DNA of 64,000 nucleotides from Acidimicrobiales bacterium (GTDB lineage: Bacteria; Actinomycetota; Acidimicrobiia; Acidimicrobiales; JBBRAZ01), in assembly GCA_038206295.1 (NCBI GenBank), contig JBBRAZ010000005.1, positions 50,447 through 114,446 of the forward strand, given 5' to 3'. The translations under genes were made by a program, and so were the position numbers. This document shows, one piece after another, positions 9,226 through 18,107 of this stretch (position 1 is the first letter of the stretch; every line of letters starts with the position of its first letter). The notes beneath the pieces were generated by a model. The model did no database searches, was not told the DNA's origin, and saw nothing but the letters and a program-made list of their open reading frames with translations.

Positions 9226-10773
9226 ATGGCCGTGACCGAGACCTCCCGCCCCGACCCCGATGTCCACCGCGAGCACGTCGCCCAGGCGCGTGCCGCGCTG
9301 CTCGACCCCGCGGTCGAGAGGATCGTCGAGATGGTCATCGGCCACGACGCCGAGACCGACACCTTCGACGTGGCCGCACCCGACGGCAGCGTCCGCTTCG
9401 GTCGCACGCCCGATGGGGACCACTGGCGCTTCGAGGTGCTCGAGGTCGCTGGCCGCGACCCGCTCGGCAACCAGGACGCCGGCCACCTCGCCCCGATCGA
9501 AGCCGAGCTCGAGGTGCGCCACCCGCACCGCACCGCCAACGCCTACCCCTACGCCTTCGAGACGATCGCGCAGCTCTTCGACGCCGCGTCGCCGCCGGAT
9601 CTGATCTCGGTGCACACCGCGGCGCACAACTGGGAGGACCAGGGCGGGCATCGCGGCGAGCACGGCTCGCTGGATGTCATCCAGGCCCGCGCCCCGTTCA
9701 TCATCGCCGGCGCCGGCGTGCGCAGCGACGGCCTCGTCGACCGCTCGTGCCGCCTGGTCGACGTGGCGCCGACGGTCGCCGCGCTCATGGGCGTGGCCGA
9801 GCGCACCGGCACCGGCGAGAGCGGCCAGGTGCGCGAAGACGCGCTGCTGGCGCGCCAGGACGGCGACGTGCTGCGCGATGTGCTCGACGAGCGCGAGGCG
9901 GCGCCGCGCCACGTCGTGGGCTTCCTCCTCGATGGAGCGAACGCCAACGTGCTCTACGCGGCGGCGGCCTCGGGCCTGGCGCCGAACATCGCTCGGCTCA
10001 TGGCCATGGGCACCTCCTACCGGCACGGCGCGATGAGCTCGCTGCCCACCGTGACCTTGGCTAACCACACGTCGATCCTCACCGGCGCGCACCCCGGCCA
10101 CCACGGCATCCTCCACAACGCCTGGTGGGACCGCGGCACCCAGCAGCAGATCGTCACCAACTCGCCGGCGCACTGGATGACGGCGATGGCCGGGCTCGAC
10201 CCCGGCGTCGAGACGCTGTTCCAGGCCATCGAGCGCACCTGGCCCGGCGACGTCACCGCCTCGGTCAACGAGCCGTGCGACACCGGCGCGACGTACACGA
10301 CGATGGGCCGGCTGCGGGCGGGGGAGATGCCCGACCGCCCGCCGGCGGTCATCCCCCACACGACCGAGCGCTTCGTGCGCCCGGACAAGGAGTACACCTG
10401 GTCGACGAAGATCGACCACACCGCGGTCGAGCAGGTCGTCGGGTTGTGGAGCGGGCAGTACGGGGGGCGCGAGTGGCCGCTGCCGCGCTTCTCGTGGGTG
10501 AACTTCAGCCTCACCGATGCCGCGCTGCACGAGGGGGGACCGCACAGCGAGGTGGCCGAGGCCGCCATCCGCGACACCGACGGTCGCCTCGGCGAGGTGC
10601 TCGCCGCTGTCGAGCGCTCCGGGCGGTGGGATCAGACGGCGTTCTTCCTCGTGGCCGACCACGGGATGGAGGAGTCGAACCCCGAGGTCACCGGCAACTG
10701 GGCCGACGCCCTCGACGCCACCGGACTCGCGTACCGCGACGAGGGCTACGGCTTCATCTACGTCAACCCGTAG
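9226..10773 (+). CDS. Alkaline-phosphatase-superfamily enzyme (nucleotide pyrophosphatase/phosphodiesterase type)
   Basis: NPP-type motifs GFLLDGANANVL, SLPTVTLANHTSILTGAHPGHHGI and FFLVADHGME. The N-terminal 220 aa carry GEHGSL...APFIIAGAGV...VDVAPTVAALMGV, which normally lies C-terminal of the DHGM motif. Confidence 0.8.
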   Translation: MAVTETSRPDPDVHREHVAQARAALLDPAVERIVEMVIGHDAETDTFDVAAPDGSVRFGRTPDGDHWRFEVLEVAGRDPLGNQDAGHLAPIEAELEVRHPHRTANAYPYAFETIAQLFDAASPPDLISVHTAAHNWEDQGGHRGEHGSLDVIQARAPFIIAGAGVRSDGLVDRSCRLVDVAPTVAALMGVAERTGTGESGQVREDALLARQDGDVLRDVLDEREAAPRHVVGFLLDGANANVLYAAAASGLAPNIARLMAMGTSYRHGAMSSLPTVTLANHTSILTGAHPGHHGILHNAWWDRGTQQQIVTNSPAHWMTAMAGLDPGVETLFQAIERTWPGDVTASVNEPCDTGATYTTMGRLRAGEMPDRPPAVIPHTTERFVRPDKEYTWSTKIDHTAVEQVVGLWSGQYGGREWPLPRFSWVNFSLTDAALHEGGPHSEVAEAAIRDTDGRLGEVLAAVERSGRWDQTAFFLVADHGMEESNPEVTGNWADALDATGLAYRDEGYGFIYVNP

Positions 10774-10782
10774 GCTCCGCGC

Positions 10783-11244
10783 ATGATCGTCGACCCGTCA
10801 GCGTCCGCCTCCACCTCGCCGCTGGTGCCCGGTGCGATGGCGATGCCCGGTGCAGCGGCGCTGCTCAGCGGGGCGATCGAGTCGGCCGCCACCCGGCGCT
10901 CCCGCCTCGGGCTGGCCGCGCTCATGGTGGGCGCGGGCGTGCTGCACTTCGTGATCCCCAAGTTCTACGAGGAGCTCATCCCGGGCTGGTTGGGCAACCG
11001 GCGGGCGTGGGTCTACGGCAGCGGCGTGGCCGAGCTCATCTGCGGGGCGATGCTGGTGGTGCCGCGCACCCGCCGGCTCGGTGCGTGGGCGACGCTCGCG
11101 CTGCTGGTGCTCGTGTTCCCCGGCAACATCAAGATGGCGCTGGACGCCGGCGCCCCGCACGACGCCGAGTCGTGGGGCGCGTGGCTGCGCCTCCCGGTGC
11201 AGATCCCCCTCTGGCGCTGGGCGCACAAGCACACCCGTCCCTGA
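10783..11244 (+). CDS. DoxX-like family membrane protein
   Basis: LHFVIPKFYEELIPGWLG...GSGVAELICGAMLVVPRTRR...VFPGNIKMAL is the typical DoxX_2 pattern. Four hydrophobic segments. The start may be one of the downstream Met codons. Confidence 0.7.
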   Translation: MIVDPSASASTSPLVPGAMAMPGAAALLSGAIESAATRRSRLGLAALMVGAGVLHFVIPKFYEELIPGWLGNRRAWVYGSGVAELICGAMLVVPRTRRLGAWATLALLVLVFPGNIKMALDAGAPHDAESWGAWLRLPVQIPLWRWAHKHTRP

Positions 11245-11247
11245 AGG

Positions 11248-11296
11248 CTTCTGGGCGTCCCGGTGAGACTGGGAGTCCACGCAGCGCGCCAAGAAG
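11248..11296 (+). repeat. Solitary REP-like hairpin element, same family as 43862-43970 and 45021-45129
   Basis: cttctgggcg-tcccGGTGAGACTGGGAGTCCACgcag-cgcgccaagaag. The core is identical or near-identical to the other copies. It lies immediately after the DoxX-like stop. Confidence 0.8.
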
Positions 11297-11309
11297 GTCT
11301 GGGCGCGGC

Positions 11310-11340
11310 GGTGCCCCGGCCGGCGAGCGACCGGGGCACC
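11310..11340. terminator. Hairpin between convergent genes, a possible bidirectional terminator
   Basis: Perfect 10-bp inverted repeat ggtgccccgg / ccggggcacc around an 11-nt loop. No clear U-tract. Confidence 0.45.
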
Positions 11341-11365
11341 GTGCAGAGCATGCGAGCCGCGAGGC

Positions 11366-12259
11366 TCAGGACAGGTACTTGAAGAGCTTCATCAGCTCGT
11401 CCTGCGGCGAGGCGGGGACGATGTAGCCCTCCTCGTTGCGGATCTGATCGAAGTTGTCGCGCACGTCCTCGACGGTCAGCTCCGGGTTGTAGTAGCCCTC
11501 GGTGAGGCCGATGAAGAAGCGGCTCACGACGCCGCCGGCGGTGGAGTAGACCTCGCCGCTGACGGGGCAGTCCTCGTGCGCCAGCCAGCACACGATCGGG
11601 GTGACCAGCTCGGGGGCGAGCTTGTCGCCGGCCGCGCCGAGCAGGTCCTCGGTCATGCGGGTCTTGGCCACCGGAGCGATGGCGTTGACCTTGATGTTGT
11701 GCTTGGCGCCCTCGTTGGCGAGCACGCGGGTCAACCCGACGAGGCCCATCTTGGCGGCGCCGTAGTTGGCCTGGCCGAAGTTGCCGAGGATGCCGGAGTT
11801 CGACGAGGTGTTGATCACGCGGCCGTAGCCCTTCTCGCGCATGATCTTCCACGCCGGGATGGTGACGTAGAAGGCGCCGAGGAGGTGCACGGCGATGACC
11901 GGCTCCACCAGGTCCGTCGTCAGGTTGTGGAACGTCTTGTCGCGCAGGATGCCAGCGTTGTTGATGACGATGTCGACGGTGCCGAAGGCGTCGACTGCGG
12001 TCTGCACCACGCCCTCGCCGCCTTCCTTGGTGGCGATGCTGTTGGTGTCCGCCACGGCCTCGGCGCCGAGGTCGCGCAGCTCCTGCGCCACCTTCTCGGC
12101 CGGGCCTGCGTCGCCACCCTCGCCCGACACCGAGCCGCCGAGGTCGTTGATGACCAGACGAGCACCGCGCTTCGCGAACTCGAGGCCGTGCTGGCGCCCG
12201 AGGCCGCCGCCGGCGCCGGTGATGATGACGACCTTGCCGTCGTAGCCGAGATCAGCCAT
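11366..12259 (-). CDS. SDR, MFE-2-type 3-hydroxyacyl-CoA dehydrogenase-like
   Basis: MADLGYDGKVVIITGAGGGLGRQHGLEFAKRGARLVINDLGG, NNAGILRD, YGAAKMGL. ATG at 12259. The upstream part of the track ORF is Arg/Ser-rich and was rejected. Confidence 0.88.
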   Translation of the reverse strand: MADLGYDGKVVIITGAGGGLGRQHGLEFAKRGARLVINDLGGSVSGEGGDAGPAEKVAQELRDLGAEAVADTNSIATKEGGEGVVQTAVDAFGTVDIVINNAGILRDKTFHNLTTDLVEPVIAVHLLGAFYVTIPAWKIMREKGYGRVINTSSNSGILGNFGQANYGAAKMGLVGLTRVLANEGAKHNIKVNAIAPVAKTRMTEDLLGAAGDKLAPELVTPIVCWLAHEDCPVSGEVYSTAGGVVSRFFIGLTEGYYNPELTVEDVRDNFDQIRNEEGYIVPASPQDELMKLFKYLS

Positions 12260-12362
12260 GGAAATCCCCCTGGAAGGTGTGGTGCGATGGGTGGAGCGGT
12301 CGCTCAGACGGGCGCAGGTTAGCGAGGCCGCGCGTGCAGGTTCGATTCGAGCACGACGCCTC

Positions 12363-13982
12363 TCAGGCGGGGAGCTCGACGCCGAGCTCGTCGGCAACGA
12401 AGCCGGTCAGGCGCTTGTAGTCGACCTTGCCGTTGGCGGCGCGGCCGATGGTGTCGATCTGCACGATGCGCTTTGGCGCCTTGAACGCTGCCAGGCAGCT
12501 CTTCACGTGCGCCTGCAGCCCCGCCTCATCCAGCGACTCCTCGGGCCACAGCTGCACCACGGCGTTGACGGACTGGCCCCACTTGTCGTCCGGGATCCCG
12601 ACGACGACGGCATCGTGCACGGTCGGGTGCAGCTTGAGCGCCTCCTCGACCTCCTCGGGGAAGACCTTCTCCCCGCCGGTGTTGATGCACACCGAGCCGC
12701 GGCCGAGCAGCACGAGGGTGCCGTCCTCATCCACGGTGGCGTAGTCGCCGGGCATGGAGTAGGTGTCGTCGCCGATGCGGATGAACGTGGCGGCGGACTT
12801 CTCCTCGTCCTTGTAGTAGCCGACGGGGGTGAAGCCGCGCACCGCGACCTTGCCGCGGCGGCCGTCGCCGGGCAGCACCTCGGTGCCATCGTCGGCGATC
12901 ACCCGCGAGTTCTCGCCGAGCACGAACTTCGCCGTCTTGGCCGAGCCGCCCGCGGTCGACACCGACTGGCCGAGACCGATCGCCTCCGAGGAGGAGAACG
13001 CGTCCACCAGCATCATGCCGGGGTGGTGGCGCAGCAGGCCCTGCTTGGTCTCCTCGCTCCACATCACGCCCGACGAGGTGATCGTGAGCAGGCTGGAGAT
13101 GTCCCAGCGGTCCGGCTCGGCGTCGAGCGCCTTGAGCATCGGCTTGGCGAACGCGTCGCCGACGATCGCCAGCGCGTTGATCTTCTCGGACTGCACCTTG
13201 TCGAGCATCTCGGCGATGTCGAGCGTGCGCTCCTCGAGCAGCACGACCGAGCCGCCCATGGACAGGAAGATGAGCGAGGTGAACTGGCCGGTGCCGTGCA
13301 TGAGCGGGCAGGCGGGGGTCTGCACCATGCCGGGGGCGTTCACGGTGAGGTCGATGACGCCGAGGTCGGCGTCGCCGTCGCGGAACATCGGGTTGACGCC
13401 GCCGAGCGTGGCGCGGATGAGGTCGTCCTGGCGCCACATCACGCCCTTGGGCATGCCGGTGGTGCCGCCGGTGTACATGAAGTTGAGATCGTCGCCCGAG
13501 CGGGCCCACGGCGCTGCGGTGCGCTCGGTGGCCGACGTGGCGGCGTCCTCGAACGGGGTGGCCCAGGTCGGGCACGGCTCGGTGCCGTCGTCGACCCACA
13601 GCCAGATGCGCACGGCGACCTTGTCGCGGATCTTGTCGATGGTCGGGACGAAGGAGCCGTGGAACACGACCGCCACGCTGTCGGAGTTGTCCCACAGGTA
13701 GACGAGCTCGTCGAGGGTGTACCGGTAGTTGGTGTTGACCGGCACCATGCTGATCTTGAACGCCCCGTACATCGCCTCGAGGTACTCGGGGCAGTTGTAG
13801 AGGTAGATGGCGATCTTGTCCTGCTGCGCCACGCCGGCGTCGAGGAGGTGCTTGGCGATGCCATCGGCCCGGCGGTCGAACTCCGCCCACGTGCGGCGCG
13901 TCGATCCCTGCACGAGCGCCGGCGCATCACCGATGCGCTCCGCGACGCGCTCCCAGATGTCCGCGTAGTTCCAGCCCGGCAT
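12363..13982 (-). CDS. Acyl-CoA synthetase / AMP-dependent ligase (FadD family)
   Basis: AMP-binding motif YTGGTTGMPKGV plus the TGD...G.....GR C-terminal region. The ATG at 13982 is preceded by GAGGGGG. An alternative start lies at 14027. Confidence 0.88.
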   Translation of the reverse strand: MPGWNYADIWERVAERIGDAPALVQGSTRRTWAEFDRRADGIAKHLLDAGVAQQDKIAIYLYNCPEYLEAMYGAFKISMVPVNTNYRYTLDELVYLWDNSDSVAVVFHGSFVPTIDKIRDKVAVRIWLWVDDGTEPCPTWATPFEDAATSATERTAAPWARSGDDLNFMYTGGTTGMPKGVMWRQDDLIRATLGGVNPMFRDGDADLGVIDLTVNAPGMVQTPACPLMHGTGQFTSLIFLSMGGSVVLLEERTLDIAEMLDKVQSEKINALAIVGDAFAKPMLKALDAEPDRWDISSLLTITSSGVMWSEETKQGLLRHHPGMMLVDAFSSSEAIGLGQSVSTAGGSAKTAKFVLGENSRVIADDGTEVLPGDGRRGKVAVRGFTPVGYYKDEEKSAATFIRIGDDTYSMPGDYATVDEDGTLVLLGRGSVCINTGGEKVFPEEVEEALKLHPTVHDAVVVGIPDDKWGQSVNAVVQLWPEESLDEAGLQAHVKSCLAAFKAPKRIVQIDTIGRAANGKVDYKRLTGFVADELGVELPA

Positions 13983-14075
13983 CGTGACCCCCTCGTCGTG
14001 CGGCACCGCCCCTCGGTGCGCCGACATCGGGAGTCTAGGAACCTGGCGTCGGCGATCCGGAATCGACAGACGCGC

Positions 14076-14113
14076 CGAGGGCCCGACCCGCAGCAGCGCG
14101 GGTCGGGCCCTCG
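14076..14113 (-). terminator. Strong hairpin downstream of the lipase gene
   Basis: Perfect 16-bp stem cgagggcccgacccgc / gcgggtcgggccctcg with a 6-nt loop, 17 nt after the stop of the minus-strand lipase gene. No obvious U-tract. Confidence 0.55.
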
Positions 14114-14129
14114 ACGACGAGGGCGACGC

Positions 14130-15359
14130 TCAGCAGGTGGTGCCAGCGGGTTGGCCCGCGAGGCGGTCCTCCAGCCAGTCGATGCCGCCGGGGATGCCGG
14201 CAGCCATGCCCGACAGGTGCTCGGTGAGCGGCACCTGGCTCCAGGTGAGCTGCACGCCCGCTGCGCACCAGGTGTCGCGCAGCGCCTCAGCCGGCGCGAG
14301 CGGCACGACCTCGTCGAGCTGCGCGTGGTACTGGTACACCGGCATCGTCGGCACGGTGCCGCCGAGGCGCTGCTGGCCGAGGCGGGTCTGCCACGTGGGC
14401 GTGCCGATCGGGTTGGTCGTCACGTAGTCGTCGATCGACGAGAACGCCGTGTCGAGGAACGTGGCGAAGCCGTCGACGCTGACGATGCAGACGTCTGAGG
14501 CGTTGGCCTTCAGCTGCTCGCCGCGCTCGTTGAGGTAGGCGTCGAGGTCGAGGTCGGCATAGGCGCCATCGAGCCCGAGCGCCGCCATGAGGGCGAACGC
14601 GGTGAACGCGGTTCCGTCGAGGAACTCGGCGGTGGCTCCGAGGTCGGCGGGCACGCCGCCGGCGACCACGCCGCGCACATTCAGCTCGGGGGCGTAGGTC
14701 GCAGCGAGCTGCGCGGCCCACGCGGCGCTGCTGCCGCCCTGGCTGTAGCCGGCGATGCCGACCGGCGCGGACGTCGACAGGCCGGCGCCGGAGAGCTGCT
14801 GCGCGGCGCGCACCGCGTCGAGCGCGGCTCGGCCTTGGGACTGGCCGACCATGTAGGTGTGCGGACCGGGCGTGCCGAGGCCCTGGTAGTCGCTGACCAC
14901 GACGGCGAGGCCCCGGTCGAGCGCATCGGCGATGAAGATGCCCTCGTAGTCGGTGCCCTGCGTCATCGTCCACGACGGTGCGCAGTCGTCACCGAGGCCC
15001 CTGGTGCCGACGCCCCAGCTCACGACGGGCCGATCACCCCCGCCCGCCCAGGGCGCGTCCGGCACGAGGACCGTGCCGGAGACCGCCATCGGAGCGCCGG
15101 TGGCGCTGGTCGAGCGGTAGACGACCTGCCACGACCGCACGCCCGCCTTCGCCGAGCGGGTGAGCGGGTCGAGGGTGAAGGTGGCAGGGCGCGAGCGCAG
15201 CACCTGGCCCGGGGTCGTGCCGGCCAGCGATGTGGACTGCTGGTAGAACGCGTCCTTGCTCGGTGGTGGCGGTGGGGCGGGCTTGCACGCTGCCAGCACG
15301 AGAGCGATCGCTGCGAGCAGCGCGACCGCCATCCCGCCTCGAGTGGATCGGATTGCCAT
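14130..15359 (-). CDS. Secreted lipase (LIP family), probable lipoprotein
   Basis: Signal peptide with lipobox LVLAAC, nucleophile-elbow motif GYSQGG, and an overall LIP-family pattern (VVSDYQGLG...). GAGGAGG precedes the ATG. Confidence 0.85.
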   Translation of the reverse strand: MAIRSTRGGMAVALLAAIALVLAACKPAPPPPPSKDAFYQQSTSLAGTTPGQVLRSRPATFTLDPLTRSAKAGVRSWQVVYRSTSATGAPMAVSGTVLVPDAPWAGGGDRPVVSWGVGTRGLGDDCAPSWTMTQGTDYEGIFIADALDRGLAVVVSDYQGLGTPGPHTYMVGQSQGRAALDAVRAAQQLSGAGLSTSAPVGIAGYSQGGSSAAWAAQLAATYAPELNVRGVVAGGVPADLGATAEFLDGTAFTAFALMAALGLDGAYADLDLDAYLNERGEQLKANASDVCIVSVDGFATFLDTAFSSIDDYVTTNPIGTPTWQTRLGQQRLGGTVPTMPVYQYHAQLDEVVPLAPAEALRDTWCAAGVQLTWSQVPLTEHLSGMAAGIPGGIDWLEDRLAGQPAGTTC

Positions 15360-15374
15360 GGGACCTCCTCAGGA

Positions 15375-15402
15375 CCGTTATTCCCTTATGGGTGAATAAC
15401 GG
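15375..15402. promoter_or_regulatory. AT-rich perfect palindrome in the divergent lipase/fadE intergenic region (candidate operator)
   Basis: ccgttattc-ccttatgggt-gaataacgg is a 9-bp perfect inverted repeat. It is the most AT-rich spot in a GC-rich intergenic region and abuts the lipase Shine-Dalgarno sequence. Confidence 0.5.
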
Positions 15403-15522
15403 GAGGATCGACCATCTCGGTGATCCTGTCAACCACCTTCACCGTGCGCGTCAGGACGACCACGGGGACGGGTGGTGCCCGGCTGCTGCACCTGACCGAG
15501 GTGCGCCGTAGGCTGCGCCGCC

Positions 15523-16728
15523 ATGGACTTCGAGCTGCCGCCAGAGGACGACCCGCGCCGCGTCGAGGTGCGCGCCTGGCTGGAGGCCAACCCCGACCCG
15601 ACGGGCCGCCAGCTCGCCGAGGCCGGCTACGTGGCGCCGCACTGGCCCGCGCCGTGGGGCGTCGACGCCGATCCGATCCACCAGATCATCATCGATGACG
15701 AGCTCAAGCGAGCCGGCGTGAAGCGGCCGCAGAACATGATCGGCATCGGCTGGGCCGGCCCGACGATCCTGCACGCCGGCACCCAGGAGCAGAAGGACCG
15801 CTACCTCTTCCCGCTGCTCGCGGGTGAGGAGATCTGGTGCCAGCTCTTCAGCGAGCCCGGCGCCGGATCGGACCTCGCCAGCCTCGGCACCCGCGCCGAG
15901 CTCGACGGCGACGAGTGGATCGTCAACGGCCAGAAGATCTGGACGTCGCTGGCGCAGTTCTCGTCCTACGGCATCCTCATCGCCCGCACGGACCCGGACG
16001 CGCCGAAGCACGAGGGCATCTCGTACTTCATCTGCCCGATGGACGCGCCCGGCGTCGAGATCCGCCCCATCATCGAGATGACCGGTGGGCACACCTTCAA
16101 CGAGGTGTTCCTCACCGACGTGCGCATCCCGGCGGCCAACCTCGTCGGCGACGTGCACCGCGGCTGGGGGCTGGCCAAGGTCACCCTCGGCAACGAGCGC
16201 GTCAGCCTGTCGGGCGGCGGCGCGCTGTGGGGCAACGGCCCCACGTACGACGATCTGCTCGCGCTGATCCGCAACGGCGGCGGCATCGAGGACCCGGAGC
16301 TGCGCCAGCGCGCCGCGCAGCTCTACATCGAGTCCGAGGTGCTGCGCCTCATCCGGCTGCGCACGGTGAGCGCGGCCATCAAGGGCCAGCAGCCCGGCGC
16401 CGAGGCCTCGGTGCGCAAGGTGCTCGCGGACGAGCACGGGCAGCACATCATGGCGCTGGCGAAGGACCTCCAGGGCGCCGCGGCGATGCTGTCCGGTGGC
16501 ATCCCCGGCGAGGAGAGCATGCTCACCGCGTCCGAGCTGAGCTGGGGGGAGCCGTCGATGTGGCACTACGGCTACCTGTTCAGCCAGGCCCTCACCATCG
16601 GCGGCGGCACCGGCGACGTGCAGCGCAACATCCTCGCCGAGCGCGTGCTGGGCCTGCCGCACGACATCGACGTGGAGCAGGGCAAGACCTGGTCCGAAGC
16701 TCGCAAGGCCGCCACCGCCGCTGGGTGA
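15523..16728 (+). CDS. Acyl-CoA dehydrogenase (FadE family)
   Basis: LFSEPGAGSDLAS, WIVNGQKIWTS and the C-terminal IGGGTGDVQRNILAERVLGLP are typical ACAD motifs. Confidence 0.9.
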   Translation: MDFELPPEDDPRRVEVRAWLEANPDPTGRQLAEAGYVAPHWPAPWGVDADPIHQIIIDDELKRAGVKRPQNMIGIGWAGPTILHAGTQEQKDRYLFPLLAGEEIWCQLFSEPGAGSDLASLGTRAELDGDEWIVNGQKIWTSLAQFSSYGILIARTDPDAPKHEGISYFICPMDAPGVEIRPIIEMTGGHTFNEVFLTDVRIPAANLVGDVHRGWGLAKVTLGNERVSLSGGGALWGNGPTYDDLLALIRNGGGIEDPELRQRAAQLYIESEVLRLIRLRTVSAAIKGQQPGAEASVRKVLADEHGQHIMALAKDLQGAAAMLSGGIPGEESMLTASELSWGEPSMWHYGYLFSQALTIGGGTGDVQRNILAERVLGLPHDIDVEQGKTWSEARKAATAAG

Positions 16729-16784
16729 GCCGAGGTCGGCCACGGGTTCGCTCCGACGATCCCTGGCGGGCAGACTGGGCGGCC

Positions 16785-16979
16785 ATGGCCACGACGAGCG
16801 GTGACGGGTTCAAGCGGCACGCCAAGGTGATGGCTGCCGAGGACCTGCCGGCGATTCCCAAGGGGACCCACGGCAAGGTGCTGGTGGTGAGCGGCATCGA
16901 CTGGATCCGCTACCGCGTCCTGTTCGCCAACGGCGTCGAGCGCGGCATGCTCAACGCCGCGCAGCTCACCGCACGCTGA
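16785..16979 (+). CDS. Small hypothetical protein (64 aa)
   Basis: The ATG ORF shows very strong GC bias at codon third positions when read codon by codon. No family recognised. Confidence 0.55.
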   Translation: MATTSGDGFKRHAKVMAAEDLPAIPKGTHGKVLVVSGIDWIRYRVLFANGVERGMLNAAQLTAR

Positions 16980-17075
16980 GGGCGCCTGGGGCGTTCTGAC
17001 GCCGCGGGAACCGTCGCAACGGCCATGATCACGTCGGCCCCGAGAAGCGGGACCGGTCAACCGAGGGGAGCGGGC

Positions 17076-18107
17076 ATGCGCATCGGCTTGCCACTGCAGT
17101 ACGCCGGGGGCTTCAAGGAGTCCGCAGACCAGGTCGTCGCCTTCGAGAAGGCAGGCCTGGATGTCGTGTGGGTGGCGGAGGCGTACGGCTTCGACGCCCC
17201 CAGCTTCATGGGCTACCTCGCGGCGCGCACCGAGACCGTCGACATCGGCTCCGCCATCCTCCCGGTCTTCACCCGCACCCCGGCGCTGATCGCGCAGACC
17301 GCGGCCGGCATCGACGCCATGAGCGACGGACGCTGCATCCTCGGCCTCGGCGCCTCGGGCCCGCAGGTGATCGAGGGCTGGCACGGCATCCCGTACGACG
17401 CCCCCCTCGGCCACACCCGCGAGGTCATCGACATCTGCCGCATGGCGTGGCGCCGCGAGCGCCTCGAGTACCAGGGCAAGTACTACACCCTGCCCCTGCC
17501 CGCCGATCAGGGCACCGGGCTGGCCAAGCCCCTGAAGATGATCGCCAAGCCGGTGCGCGACGCCATCCCGATCTACATCGCCTCGCTGGGCTCGAAGAAC
17601 GTGGCGCTCACCGCGGAGGTGGCCAACGGCTGGCTGCCGATCTTCTACCTGCCCGAGAAGGCGGACGAGGTGTGGGGCCCGGATCTCGCCGCGGGCTACG
17701 CCAAGCGCGACGCGGCCCTCGGCCCGATGGAGACCGTCGCCGGCGGCATCGTCTGCATCACCGACGACCCCGACAGCGTGCTGGCCTTCGGCCGCCCGCT
17801 CGCCGCGCTGTACATCGGCGGCATGGGCGCCCGGGACCGCAACTTCTACAACCAGCTCGCCTGCCGCTACGGCTACGAGGCCGAGGCCAAGGAGATCCAG
17901 GACCTCTACCTCGACGGGCGCAAGGACGAGGCCGCGGCGAAGGTGCCCGAGGACTTCCTGCGCCTCACCAACCTGGTGGGCGACGAGGGCTTCGTGCGCG
18001 AGCGCATCGAGGCGTTCAAGGCGTCCGGTGTCACGACGCTCAACATCACCCCGATCGCGTCCGACCCCGTCGAGCTGGTCGAGAAGGTGAAGGCCTGGGC
18101 GGGGTGA
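17076..18107 (+). CDS. LLM-class F420-dependent (luciferase-like) oxidoreductase
   Basis: MRIGLPLQYAGG...AGLDVVWVAEAYGFDA...ILPVFTRTPALIAQTAAGID...GLGASGPQVIEGWHG is the classic LLM/F420 pattern. GAGGGGAG precedes the ATG at 17076. Confidence 0.88.
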   Translation: MRIGLPLQYAGGFKESADQVVAFEKAGLDVVWVAEAYGFDAPSFMGYLAARTETVDIGSAILPVFTRTPALIAQTAAGIDAMSDGRCILGLGASGPQVIEGWHGIPYDAPLGHTREVIDICRMAWRRERLEYQGKYYTLPLPADQGTGLAKPLKMIAKPVRDAIPIYIASLGSKNVALTAEVANGWLPIFYLPEKADEVWGPDLAAGYAKRDAALGPMETVAGGIVCITDDPDSVLAFGRPLAALYIGGMGARDRNFYNQLACRYGYEAEAKEIQDLYLDGRKDEAAAKVPEDFLRLTNLVGDEGFVRERIEAFKASGVTTLNITPIASDPVELVEKVKAWAG

